A program made the position numbers and the translations under genes. From Terrimicrobiaceae bacterium (GTDB taxonomy: Bacteria > Verrucomicrobiota > Verrucomicrobiia > Chthoniobacterales > Terrimicrobiaceae), in NCBI GenBank assembly GCA_041752695.1, contig JBGSVZ010000121.1:1-43362 (forward strand): a stretch of DNA of 43,362 bases, in the 5' to 3' direction. The stretch's first letter is position 1. Every line of letters starts with the position of its first letter. The notes under the pieces were generated by a model. It saw only the letters and a list, made by a program, of their open reading frames with translations. It was not told the origin of the DNA and did no database searches. This document shows positions 8,980 to 17,755 of this stretch, in pieces.

Positions 8980-10017
8980 CTAGTGCGCAGGGATCGCCCC
9001 GAGCACATGTTCGACAACGGTGTCAGCCGTGATTCCTTCACTCTGCGCGGCGAAATTCACCGCGATGCGATGGCGCATCACCGCCTTCGCAATGGCGGCC
9101 ACATCGTCACAGCTCACGTACAACTGCCCGCGAATGAGCGCGTGCGCCTTGGCCGCCATGATGAGGCTCAGGCTCGCGCGCGGACCGGCACCAAAACTGA
9201 GATATCGTTTACAGAAATCGATCGCATCAGCCTCCTTCGGCCGCGTGCAGCGGACAATCGCACTGGCATACTCATACACATGATCCGCCACCGGCAGGGA
9301 TTTCACCGTCTCCTGGATGTAGAGGATATGTTCAACGCTCAGCACCGGATCCGGCTGTTCCCCGCCGCCGCGCGTCCCGCGTTTCATGATCTCGATCTCC
9401 TCGGCGAGCGACGGATATCCGACGTTGATCAGAAACAAAAAGCGGTCGAGCTGCGCCTCGGGCAGCGGATACGTTCCCTCCTGTTCCAGCGGGTTTTGCG
9501 TGGCCAGGACAAAAAACGGATTCGGCAGCGTGTGTGTATTGCCGCCCACGGTGACCCGGCGTTCCTGCATCGCCTCAAGCATGGCCGCCTGGGTTTTGGG
9601 CGGAGTGCGGTTGATTTCATCCGCCAGCACGATGTTGGAAAAGAGCGGCCCCTGCAAAAATTTGAACTCCTTCGCCCCCGTCGCCGCGTCGGTGTAAATC
9701 ACCTCCGTGCCCGTGATGTCACTCGGCATCAGATCCGGCGTGAACTGGATGCGCTTGAACGTCATCTGTAACGTCTTGGCCAGCGTGGAGATCAGCAGCG
9801 TTTTCGCCAGGCCGGGAACTCCGACCAACAACGCATGACTCCGGGTGAGGATGGCGATGAGAATCTGCTCCACCACTTCGGTCTGGCCGACAATGACCTT
9901 TCCAATCTCCGCCTGCAACTGGCCGGCGGCGTTGCGGCACAACTCGACGGCCTCCAGTTCGGAGGCACTCTGCGGGGCGGACGCCACCGGGGGCGTTTCT
10001 TCAAGAACATTGGCCAT
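8980..10017 (-). CDS. moxR: MoxR family AAA+ ATPase
   Basis: Walker A 'GVPGLAKT', 'RIQFTPDLMPSDITG', Walker B 'LADEINRTPPKTQAAMLEAMQE', and 'ATQNPLEQEGTYPLPEAQLDRF'. ATG start at 10017. Confidence 0.95.
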   Translation of the reverse strand: MANVLEETPPVASAPQSASELEAVELCRNAAGQLQAEIGKVIVGQTEVVEQILIAILTRSHALLVGVPGLAKTLLISTLAKTLQMTFKRIQFTPDLMPSDITGTEVIYTDAATGAKEFKFLQGPLFSNIVLADEINRTPPKTQAAMLEAMQERRVTVGGNTHTLPNPFFVLATQNPLEQEGTYPLPEAQLDRFLFLINVGYPSLAEEIEIMKRGTRGGGEQPDPVLSVEHILYIQETVKSLPVADHVYEYASAIVRCTRPKEADAIDFCKRYLSFGAGPRASLSLIMAAKAHALIRGQLYVSCDDVAAIAKAVMRHRIAVNFAAQSEGITADTVVEHVLGAIPAH

Positions 10018-10178
10018 AAGGGGAAGTGTAATTTTTCGTTTTAACCGTTCGAATCTGACCGCCACGCGATTTCGTCCCGAAGTCCCAAAACAACTTAAAC
10101 AGTTCACGTGATTGCATAAAATTGCAACGAAAATTTCACAAAAAACTCCGTGATCCTGTCAGAGAGAAATCAAGGAGT

Positions 10179-10322
10179 TGGACACGAATGGCACGAATTC
10201 ATCCGAACCTGAGACCCTGCTTGGTACCGAAATAAATTCTCTCCCGCGGATAACACCTCCCTCACACGCGCAATGACCTCACCCCCCCTCCCTTTCGTGC
10301 AAATTCGGGGAATTTGCTTCCA
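10179..10322. repeat. ~144-bp element with imperfect CACGAAT-triplet terminal inverted repeats
   Basis: Left end TGGA-CACGAAT-GG-CACGAAT-TCA-TCCGAA (10179-10207). Right end, reverse complement, TGGA-AGCAAAT-TC-CCCGAAT-TTG-CACGAA (10294-10322). The spacing is identical. Confidence 0.6.
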
Positions 10323-10381
10323 GCGGCGATTTCGCCCCGCCCGGTAAGCGTTCCGCTTGGTCGCGTCTCTCTTTTCTGGGC

Positions 10382-10414
10382 AAAAAAAGAGGCCCCCGGT
10401 AACCGGGAGCCTCT
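10382..10414 (-). terminator. Rho-independent terminator of rplU-rpmA
   Basis: The minus strand has an AGAGGCTCCCGG-TTA-CCGGGGGCCTCT hairpin followed by a T-run, just after the rpmA stop. Confidence 0.85.
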
Positions 10415-10437
10415 CCAAACAAAGAATGTTGGTGCTA

Positions 10438-10695
10438 TTAGTTCGCCGAAGCCACGGGCTCGACGTTCACACGGCGGCCGTTGCGGTCGAATTTCACCCG
10501 TCCCTCGATAAGCGAGAAGATGGTGTAGTCGCGGCCGAGACCGACGTTGAGGCCAGGCTGGAACTTGGTTCCACGCTGGCGGAGAATGATGTTTCCAGCA
10601 ATAACGGCTTCGCCGCCGAATTTCTTCACGCCGAGGCGTTTGCTGATGCTGTCGCGTCCGTTTTTGACGCTGCCCTGTCCTTTTTTATGCGCCAT
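10438..10695 (-). CDS. rpmA: 50S ribosomal protein L27
   Basis: [24 protein letters not shown]...[11 protein letters not shown]. Confidence 0.98.
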   Translation of the reverse strand: MAHKKGQGSVKNGRDSISKRLGVKKFGGEAVIAGNIILRQRGTKFQPGLNVGLGRDYTIFSLIEGRVKFDRNGRRVNVEPVASAN

Positions 10696-10704
10696 AAGCC
10701 TGTA

Positions 10705-11019
10705 TTAAGCAGTGATGGATTTGATTTTGAGCCGGGTGATTTGGCGGCGATGACCGACGGTGCGGTGATAGCCCTTGCGGCGTTTGAATTTGAAAGCGAT
10801 GACCTTGTCGGCTTTGGCCTGTTCGACCACTTCCGCGGTCACAGCAGCGCCCTGAACGTGCGGCGCGCCAATGGAGACGCTGGAACCGTTGGAAACCAAC
10901 AGAACTTCGTCGAACCTCGCCTCGGCGCCGGCCTCGAAATCGAGCTTCTCGACTTCGATGACATCACCTTCTGCGACGCGGTATTGTTTACCGCCTGTAT
11001 GAATAACTGCGTATGCCAT
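10705..11019 (-). CDS. rplU: 50S ribosomal protein L21
   Basis: [19 protein letters not shown]...[22 protein letters not shown] start at 11019. Confidence 0.97.
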   Translation of the reverse strand: MAYAVIHTGGKQYRVAEGDVIEVEKLDFEAGAEARFDEVLLVSNGSSVSIGAPHVQGAAVTAEVVEQAKADKVIAFKFKRRKGYHRTVGHRRQITRLKIKSITA

Positions 11020-11136
11020 GAAATTTTCCTCCTCTGTGGGAACCGCGGAGAATCTCACGGAAAGTTTTTTCGATCAAGCGAAATTTTTGCCTTGCGAGAA
11101 TTCCCCCGTCCGGCAAAGTAAAAAACTCATCTTCCT

Positions 11137-11217
11137 GCTCGGGTGGTGAAATGGCAGACACGTACGTTTGAGGGGCGTATGCCGAAAGGCATGGGGGTTC
11201 AAGTCCCCCCCCGAGCA
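11137..11217 (+). tRNA. tRNA-Leu(GAG), CCA not encoded
   Basis: Acceptor stem GCTCGGG/CCCGAGC with discriminator A; D-arm GTGAAATGGCAGACAC; anticodon arm TACGT-TTGAGGG-GCGTA; long variable arm TGCC-GAAA-GGCA; T-arm GGGGG-TTCAAGT-CCCCC. Confidence 0.96.
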
Positions 11218-11257
11218 TTTCTCTCCCGCCCTCCGCCGGACCATCCTTCCGCCCGTC

Positions 11258-13261
11258 ATGGAAATCCAGGAATTCGCCCAACGCGTTCTTTTTTCAACCT
11301 CGCTGGAGGAGAAACTCACATCGGGCGGCGACCTCACGGATGACATGCCCGGCGAGGCTCTGGGAACTCCAGGGTTACCCGGACGTCCGGTGGAACTGCG
11401 GCTGCGCCGCGATGGCGTGCGCGCGGCGTTTCCCGGCGAGGCCAAACTCATCAACGAGGAGCAGCGCGGCGTCTTGCTGCATTTTTTTGCCAATCACGAA
11501 CTGCTCGCCACCGAGTTGATGGCCCTCGTGTTGTTGAAGTTTCCCGAGGCTCCCGCCGAGTTCCGGCGCGGCATTGTTCGCACGCTGAGGGAAGAGCAGC
11601 AACACACAAAATGGTACCTGCGGCGGATGCAGGAATGCGGGGTCGGATTTGGGGATTTCCCGCTGAACCGTTTTTTCTGGGACGCCATCGCCCCCATGGA
11701 AACCCCCCTCGACTATGTGACCCGGCTCAGCCTCACCTTCGAGCAGGCGAATCTCGACTATGCACGACACTACGCCGGTGTGATGCGCGAGGCCGGCGAT
11801 GAAAAGACGGCGCGAATTCTCTCCCAGATCTACCAGGATGAGATCAGTCACGTGGGGTATGGCCTCAAATGGTTCCGGCGCTGGAAGGCGGCCGGGGAAT
11901 CGGATTGGGACGCGTACCGGCAGCAGTTGCCGTTTCCGCTCTCACCGGCGCGCGGCCGCGGCAACGTCCCGTTTAATGCGGAAGGCCGACGCAAAGCGGG
12001 GCTCGCCGACGCGTTTATCCGGGAAATGGAAATTTTCAGCCGCTCCAAAGGCCGGACGCCCAACGTGTTCTGGTTCACCCCCGATGCCGAAGCCGCCATG
12101 GCACACGGTCTCGACGGCAAGGGGTTCGCGCCCCGGCAGGACGTGCGCGCGCTCCAGCGGGACTTGGAAATTCTTCCCGCCTTCCTCTGCCACCGCGACG
12201 ATGTGGTGCTGATGAACCGCCCACCTTCGGCTGCGCATCGCGAGAAGTTGATCCATCTCGGCTTCGAGACCCCCGAATGCGAAGGACTTGCGGAGGACGG
12301 ACAACTCCGCCCCGACAGCCTGCAGCGCACGCGCAAACTCAACGACCTGCGTCCGTGGGCCTGGTGCCCGCAAAGCGCCACAGTGTTGGCCCCGTTGGGC
12401 AGGGAGATCGTGCCGCGTCGATGGAACCTCGCGACACGGCAACTTTACGCCAAGGACTGGCAGGTGGAAAATCTGGGGATCGACAGTTCTGTCTGTCGCA
12501 CGCCCGACGAACTCGCGGCGGCCGTGGGCGCTCTGCGGGGTCACGGCTACGAGGAGGGTGTTGCCAAAATGCCGTTCGGGGCCGCGGGACAGAAGAACCG
12601 GAAATTTTCCACCGCCGCCCCGGACAACCTCGGACGCATCCTTGAACCGCAGGGAGCCGTGGTGATCGAGCCCTGGTTGCCTCGGGTTTTCGATTTTTCC
12701 GTGCATTATGAGATGACCGCCTCCGGACTCCGCCGTCTGGCATTTGTGCAACTCGAAAACGACCGCCGCGGACAATTCCAAGCCTGTGTGGCCAGCGGCA
12801 AATTTCGCGGGACACCGGAGGTCACGCGCTTCCTCATGGGCGGAGCGCTCGCCGCCTATGACCGCGAAATCCCCGAAAGAATTGAGCCCCTTCTCCGGGC
12901 CACGAATTATGAAGGACCGATTGGCCTTGATGCCTTTGTCTTTCGGACTCCCGATGGGACCCTTCGCCTCCGACCGGTGGTCGAAATGAATCCGCGCTTC
13001 ACCATGGGCCGCCTCGCCTGGGAACTCATGCGCCGTGTCGCTCACGGACGGGCCGTCCGTTTCGAACTCGTTCGCGTGAAAAATGCCCACGAAAAAGTGC
13101 GGGAGTTGGAAACCTCCAACCCGCCCGTCCTAGATCGCGGGGGAAAGATGTTTTCCGGTTGTGTCGTCCTGAACGAACCGGAAAACGTTCTCGCGGTGCT
13201 GACGGTCGGAAACGTGCCACAGGATTCCGGTGCCACTTCCGGAAACAGGGCCGACGGTTGA
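11258..13261 (+). CDS. DUF455-like ferritin-fold diiron domain fused to a C-terminal ATP-grasp domain
   Basis: Diiron ligand pattern 'HFFANHELLA', 'EEQQH', 'FEQANLD', 'DEISH'. ATP-grasp motifs 'VAKMPFGAAGQ', 'VVIEPWL', 'YEGPIGLDAF', 'VVEMNPRFTMG'. ATG start at 11258. Confidence 0.8.
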   Translation: MEIQEFAQRVLFSTSLEEKLTSGGDLTDDMPGEALGTPGLPGRPVELRLRRDGVRAAFPGEAKLINEEQRGVLLHFFANHELLATELMALVLLKFPEAPAEFRRGIVRTLREEQQHTKWYLRRMQECGVGFGDFPLNRFFWDAIAPMETPLDYVTRLSLTFEQANLDYARHYAGVMREAGDEKTARILSQIYQDEISHVGYGLKWFRRWKAAGESDWDAYRQQLPFPLSPARGRGNVPFNAEGRRKAGLADAFIREMEIFSRSKGRTPNVFWFTPDAEAAMAHGLDGKGFAPRQDVRALQRDLEILPAFLCHRDDVVLMNRPPSAAHREKLIHLGFETPECEGLAEDGQLRPDSLQRTRKLNDLRPWAWCPQSATVLAPLGREIVPRRWNLATRQLYAKDWQVENLGIDSSVCRTPDELAAAVGALRGHGYEEGVAKMPFGAAGQKNRKFSTAAPDNLGRILEPQGAVVIEPWLPRVFDFSVHYEMTASGLRRLAFVQLENDRRGQFQACVASGKFRGTPEVTRFLMGGALAAYDREIPERIEPLLRATNYEGPIGLDAFVFRTPDGTLRLRPVVEMNPRFTMGRLAWELMRRVAHGRAVRFELVRVKNAHEKVRELETSNPPVLDRGGKMFSGCVVLNEPENVLAVLTVGNVPQDSGATSGNRADG

Positions 13262-13292
13262 CACGGCCCCGCCCAGCCTTTCTAAAAGGGAC

Positions 13293-14591
13293 ATGACAAT
13301 TGACTGGCGACGCAACTCTGTGCAGGTCGCCGGAACCGCCGCCATCGGAATTTCCGCCGGACTGGCCGCCGTGGGGTTTCACCACGCAATGATCTGGTTG
13401 TCGCACTGGCTCGTAAACCTGCCGGCCAAGTGGACGTTCTGGCAGTTCGTTCCCTTTGTCCTCGCGAGCATGGCGGCCGGGGCTTTTCTGACCGGGCTGA
13501 TGATCAAACATTGGGCTCCCGACGCGCCAGGGAGCGGGATCCCGCAAGTCAAGGCCGCCTATCACAACGGCAAACTCGACTTCACCTGGAAACTCATCCT
13601 GGTAAAATTTTTCGGCGGGGCCCTTTCCATCGGAACGGGATCGAGCCTCGGCCGCGAGGGGCCGACCATCCATATCGGCGCGGCGATCGCGAGCAAGATT
13701 GCCAACCTGTTCCGCGAAGATCCCGCAGCCAAGGCTAACGCGGTGTGCGCGGGCTCGGCCGCCGGTCTGGCCGCCGCGTTCAGCAGTCCGCTCGCGGGCG
13801 TTACTCTGGTGCTGGAAGAAATCGCGGGCGGAAAAAATCAAAACAAATTCGCCGGACGGGCTTTGTTGGCCGCCGCGCTGGCCTCGAGCGTCGTTTACGC
13901 GCTCACCCAGGGAGCGGCCAGTCTGCCCATCGGTCCGGACCTGCCGTTGAGCTGGCGGGTGCTCTGGCTTTCGCCCGTGGTCGCCGTAGTCGCCGGCACG
14001 GTCGGCCTGCTCTTTCAGGCCGCCACCCTCGCGCTCCGGGCTCGCGCAAAAAAATCTCCCCTCTCCGGCCCGGTCAAACTCGCCCTCGGCACGGGTGCGG
14101 CGGGGGCGATCGCCCTCACGGCCTTTCTGCTCACCGGTCACCTGGGCGCGTTCGGCCTTGGCGAAGAAGACATGCTGGCCGCTCTCACGAACCGCATCAC
14201 CTGGCAGGTCGCCCTCGTGCTTCTTCTGGCCAAACTCGCCGCGACCACCCTGTGTTATGGACCGGGCGGATGCGGCGGCATTTTTGCGCCGATTATCTTT
14301 TTCGGCGCCATGTCCGGCGTGCTCGTCCATGGCCTGCTCGCCCCGGTCCTCGATCTCACCGCCTCGGACCAGACGCTTCTCGCCCTCGTCGGCATGACCG
14401 CCTGCCTCGGCGCGGTCGTCCGCGCGCCCCTCACCTCCATTCTCATCGTCATCGAAATGACCTGGCAAATCCACGTCCTGCCAGCCCTGATGGTTGCCGC
14501 GGTCATTTCCGTCTTCCTGAACCGGACGTTCTTCGCGGGCAATTTTTACGACGAAGCCCTGCGGCAGGATGGGATTATCATCAAGGAATGA
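13293..14591 (+). CDS. ClC family chloride channel / Cl-/H+ antiporter (no CBS domains)
   Basis: Signature motifs GSGIP, GREGP and GGIFAP, a C-terminal Tyr ('NFYD'), and multiple TM helices. Confidence 0.93.
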   Translation: MTIDWRRNSVQVAGTAAIGISAGLAAVGFHHAMIWLSHWLVNLPAKWTFWQFVPFVLASMAAGAFLTGLMIKHWAPDAPGSGIPQVKAAYHNGKLDFTWKLILVKFFGGALSIGTGSSLGREGPTIHIGAAIASKIANLFREDPAAKANAVCAGSAAGLAAAFSSPLAGVTLVLEEIAGGKNQNKFAGRALLAAALASSVVYALTQGAASLPIGPDLPLSWRVLWLSPVVAVVAGTVGLLFQAATLALRARAKKSPLSGPVKLALGTGAAGAIALTAFLLTGHLGAFGLGEEDMLAALTNRITWQVALVLLLAKLAATTLCYGPGGCGGIFAPIIFFGAMSGVLVHGLLAPVLDLTASDQTLLALVGMTACLGAVVRAPLTSILIVIEMTWQIHVLPALMVAAVISVFLNRTFFAGNFYDEALRQDGIIIKE

Positions 14592-15256
14592 AACGCGTCC
14601 TCATCACCGGCGCCAACCGCGGCATCGGCCGGGCCTTGGCGAAGGAATATTCCCGGCAGGGCTGGGAGGTGTGCGCCACGGCGCGGCGACCCGAAACACT
14701 GGACGGACTCGCCGGCATCTCCCCGCTCATGCTTGATGTCTGCGACGACGCGAGTGTCCTCGCTGCTCGCGCCAGCCTGGGCTGGGATCGGCTGGATGTC
14801 CTCATCAACAACGCGGCGATTTTTCCCGGTGAAGGAAACGAAGACTTTACCAACCTCGATCTCGCCTGGTTTCGCGACGCTTTCGATTGCAACGTGCTCG
14901 GGCCGGCAAGGGTCATAAAAGCGTTTCTCCCTCTCCTCCAAAACTCGCCCGGGGCCCGCATCGTGAACATTTCCTCGGGAGCGGGTTCCCTCAGCGAAAA
15001 AGAAGACAGCTTGTATTACCCGTATTCTGTTTCCAAAGCGGCGCTCAACATGCTCACCCGAGGGTTGGCCGCGGAATTCCGGGAGATCATCGTCACGGCA
15101 CTGAGTCCGGGCTGGGTGCAGACGGAAATGGGCGGCGACAACGCGCCCCTCACGCCGCGGGAATCCGCGCAATCGCTCTTTCGGACAATCGCCGCACTCA
15201 CCCCGGAACAAAGCGGGCGTTTCCTCGGCCGCGATGGCGAACCCTACGCCTGGTGA
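14588..15256 (+). CDS. Short-chain dehydrogenase/reductase (CsgA/C-factor-like)
   Basis: ATGA overlap with the ClC stop; 'VLITGANRGIG', 'LINNAA', catalytic 'YSVSK', 'LSPGWVQTEMGG'. Confidence 0.92.
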   Translation: MKRVLITGANRGIGRALAKEYSRQGWEVCATARRPETLDGLAGISPLMLDVCDDASVLAARASLGWDRLDVLINNAAIFPGEGNEDFTNLDLAWFRDAFDCNVLGPARVIKAFLPLLQNSPGARIVNISSGAGSLSEKEDSLYYPYSVSKAALNMLTRGLAAEFREIIVTALSPGWVQTEMGGDNAPLTPRESAQSLFRTIAALTPEQSGRFLGRDGEPYAW

Positions 15257-15257
15257 T

Positions 15258-15599
15258 TCAAACGCCCCGCCGCTCCTTCGCCTCACCCACCGCGGCGGCA
15301 AAGCCTGCCTCAGCGGCGGCTATGTGTTCGCCAGCCTTTTCCAACGAACCCGCCTTGGCTTCCATTTCGAGAGAAGCCATGGGACCGCTCACTCCGATAA
15401 ACCCGAAGTTGGCCGCGCTCCCTTTGAGCTGATGGGCGGTACGCGAAGTTTGCAGGGGATCGCCCGCGGAAACGTTCTCGCGCACCATGGCCAGAAGTCC
15501 GGGAATCTCCGCCACAAACTCGTCGTAGATTTCGACAAAATCCTGAGTGAACCCGTCGGCAATCATGTCGAGCTGTTCCCAGTCAATCACAGCACTCAT
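15258..15599 (-). CDS. Stand-alone Hpt (histidine phosphotransfer) domain protein
   Basis: The last 113 aa of ORF 15258-17048 (MSAVIDWEQL...) carry the Hpt motif 'AHQLKGSAANFG'. Confidence 0.88.
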   Translation of the reverse strand: MSAVIDWEQLDMIADGFTQDFVEIYDEFVAEIPGLLAMVRENVSAGDPLQTSRTAHQLKGSAANFGFIGVSGPMASLEMEAKAGSLEKAGEHIAAAEAGFAAAVGEAKERRGV

Positions 15600-15782
15600 T
15601 GCCCTGAGCAAAGGCGTTGCCGGAAGGAAGGGGAAGAAAAAAACGAGACCGCCGCAAAAGAACATAATGAGCGCATCAGAGAGGGTCGTCAGAGTTCTCC
15701 GGGCCCACGACCGCCCCGGCGGTGAACTTTTCCTTAAACGCCTCTCGCCGACGGGCGGGGATTCTGCGAATACAGGGATCCG

Positions 15783-17051
15783 ATGGAATATCCGGTCGTG
15801 ATCATCGGAGCCGGCGCAGCCGGACTTTGCGCCGCGGACAAGCTGCGCGCGGCGGGGTGCCAAACGCAAATCCTCGAGGCGTCGGCCTTGGTGGGGGGAC
15901 GCGTGCGCGCCCGGGAGGGGTTTGCGGATTTCCCCATCGAACTCGGCGCCGAGGAACTGCACGGCCCGGACAACGCGCTCATCCGCGAGGCCTCCCGGCT
16001 GGGCATCGAGACCCTGCGGCATTTCACCACGGACGACATGCTGCGTCTCGATGGAGAGTTGTGTTTTCTCGATCAGGCCGAAAACGACCCGGACGTCCGC
16101 CGGGCTTTCGATCTCATTGATGGCCTGGGGAAATACGGCGGGCCCAACGTCACGGTGCAGGACCACCTCACCCGCGGACACTTTCCCCGGCGCGCCTGGC
16201 ACTATCTGGATTCGCGCCTCGGCGTGGAACACGGCACCTCGCTCGACCGGCTCGCCATCGGCGGCTTTCTCCACTACGAACGCGGCTGGGAGGCCCGCGA
16301 AACCAACTACACCCTCCGGCAGAGTTACCTTGATCTCTTCACGCCCCTCCTTCCGGGATTGGATATTTTGCTCAACAGTCCGGTGGAATCCGTCACCTGG
16401 CGGGACACGCCGGTGGTGCGAACCCGCGACGGCCGGGAGTTTCGCGCCCAGGCGGTGGTTATCACGGCCAGCCTGTTGGTGCTGCGGGAGGGGGGCCTTG
16501 TTTTTGACCCTCCCTTGCCTCCCGAAAAACTGCGGGCCATGCACGCCATCGGAATGGACCGCGGCATGAAAATCGTCCTGAAGTTCCGTCAGCGGTTCTG
16601 GGACGAACGCATGTATTTCCTGCACACCGACGGGTTTCTGCCGCAATACTGGGCGACCGGAAACGGCAAATCCGAGGACAACCGACTCCTCACCGCCTTC
16701 GTGGGCGGCTCGCGGGCGGAGGCCATTGCCGCGATGGGGGTGGATCCCGTGCAATTCGCCCTGGAGGAGCTCGATGAAATCTTCCGGCCGCGACTCGCCT
16801 CGCGCTCGTTCGAGGATGGCTTTGTCGCCGACTGGGGGGCCGACCCCTTTGTGCGGGGACTCTACAGCTACCCCACCACTCTCACCACGGAAGCCGACCG
16901 CCAGACCCTGGCCGCTTCGCTGGCCGGAAAACTTTTTTTCGCGGGCGAAGCCACGGATACCGGTGGGCACAGCGGAACCGTGCATGGAGCCATGGCCACC
17001 GGCTGGCGTGCGGCGGAGGAGATCATTAAGGCACGGACGGAAAACCACTAA
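15783..17051 (+). CDS. Flavin monoamine/polyamine oxidase family FAD-dependent oxidoreductase
   Basis: 'IIGAGAAGL', 'LEA...VGGRV', 'ELGAE', 'DWGADPFVRGLYSY', 'FFAGEAT...TVHGAMATGWRAA'. Confidence 0.9.
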   Translation: MEYPVVIIGAGAAGLCAADKLRAAGCQTQILEASALVGGRVRAREGFADFPIELGAEELHGPDNALIREASRLGIETLRHFTTDDMLRLDGELCFLDQAENDPDVRRAFDLIDGLGKYGGPNVTVQDHLTRGHFPRRAWHYLDSRLGVEHGTSLDRLAIGGFLHYERGWEARETNYTLRQSYLDLFTPLLPGLDILLNSPVESVTWRDTPVVRTRDGREFRAQAVVITASLLVLREGGLVFDPPLPPEKLRAMHAIGMDRGMKIVLKFRQRFWDERMYFLHTDGFLPQYWATGNGKSEDNRLLTAFVGGSRAEAIAAMGVDPVQFALEELDEIFRPRLASRSFEDGFVADWGADPFVRGLYSYPTTLTTEADRQTLAASLAGKLFFAGEATDTGGHSGTVHGAMATGWRAAEEIIKARTENH

Positions 17052-17237
17052 TTTTCACTAATTGGCACTAACCCTGAAAAGGACAATGAGCCACAGAAAG
17101 TAACGATGATCACTAAGAATGAACGAGTTACGAAAACGCCGTGGATCACCCAGAATACGATTTCGCTGCAAGCCCTTTATAAGGGGAAAAAGGCAGCCCC
17201 AGCCTTATTAGTGAAGATTAGTGTCCGTTAGTGGTTT
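17042..17237. repeat. ~196-bp MITE-like element with CACTAA-triplet terminal inverted repeats overlapping two convergent stop codons
   Basis: Left end AAACCACTAATTTTCACTAATTGGCACTAA (17042-17071). Right end, reverse complement, AAACCACTAACGGACACTAATCTTCACTAA (17208-17237). The interior is AT-rich. Confidence 0.8.
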
Positions 17238-17755
17238 CCCCACTTAGGCTCCTCCACGCCGCGCAGGTGGTTCTCAAAACGCGCGAGCGTGAAGAGAAAA
17301 TCCGAAAGGCGGTTGAGATAGACCACGGCCTGCGGGGGAACCGGCTCCGTCTCACCCAGCGCGATCAAACATCGCTCGGCACGGCGGCAGACCGAACGCG
17401 CCACATGAATCTGCGCCGCGGCAGGTGTTCCGCCCGGCAGGATGAAATTTTTCAACGGGGTGAGGTCCGCCGTCATGGCATCAATCCGCCCCTCCAGCCA
17501 GGCGGGATCCGGCAGTCCCGCTGGCGGCGGCTGGCGCGAGCCCAGCGCGGCACCGAGGGAAAAAAGTTCGTTCTGAATCCTCCGCAGATCCTCCCCCACC
17601 GCCTCCGCCGGATCCGAGGCAGCCGCCACGCCCAGGAGGGAATTTAATTCATCCAGGGTGCCGCAGGCTTCGATCCGCGGGTGGGTCTTGGCCACCCGTT
17701 CGCCGGAGAAAAGCCCGGTCGAACCATCATCTCCCGTGCGCGTGTAAATCTTCAC
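17228..17755 (-). CDS. ATP:cob(I)alamin adenosyltransferase, PduO/MMAB type
   Basis: 'KIYTRTGDDGSTGL', 'GTLDELNS', 'FILPGG', 'ARSVCRRAER', 'YLNRLSDFLF'. Confidence 0.95.
   Translation of the reverse strand: MKIYTRTGDDGSTGLFSGERVAKTHPRIEACGTLDELNSLLGVAAASDPAEAVGEDLRRIQNELFSLGAALGSRQPPPAGLPDPAWLEGRIDAMTADLTPLKNFILPGGTPAAAQIHVARSVCRRAERCLIALGETEPVPPQAVVYLNRLSDFLFTLARFENHLRGVEEPKWGNH

Noticed and set aside
10438..11019. Prp/YsxB-type L27 processing system
   Set aside because: L27 begins MAHKK with no N-terminal extension, and no gene lies between rplU and rpmA.
11137..11217. tRNA-Leu as an integration site for a genomic island
   Set aside because: There is no integrase nearby, I saw no duplicated tRNA 3' end in the window, and the downstream genes look like host genes.
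13745..14587. 503-aa ORF suggesting an N-terminally extended SDR
   Set aside because: The extension is an alternative frame over the ClC gene; the SDR starts at the ATGA overlap at 14588.
13293..14591. Fluoride-specific ClC-F or fluoride riboswitch
   Set aside because: The motifs are the canonical chloride type (GSGIP, GREGP, Tyr), and I saw no riboswitch-like leader.
15600..17048. 596-aa minus ORF as a large Hpt fusion
   Set aside because: The upstream part is antisense to the flavin oxidase; only the last 113 aa have a recognisable domain.
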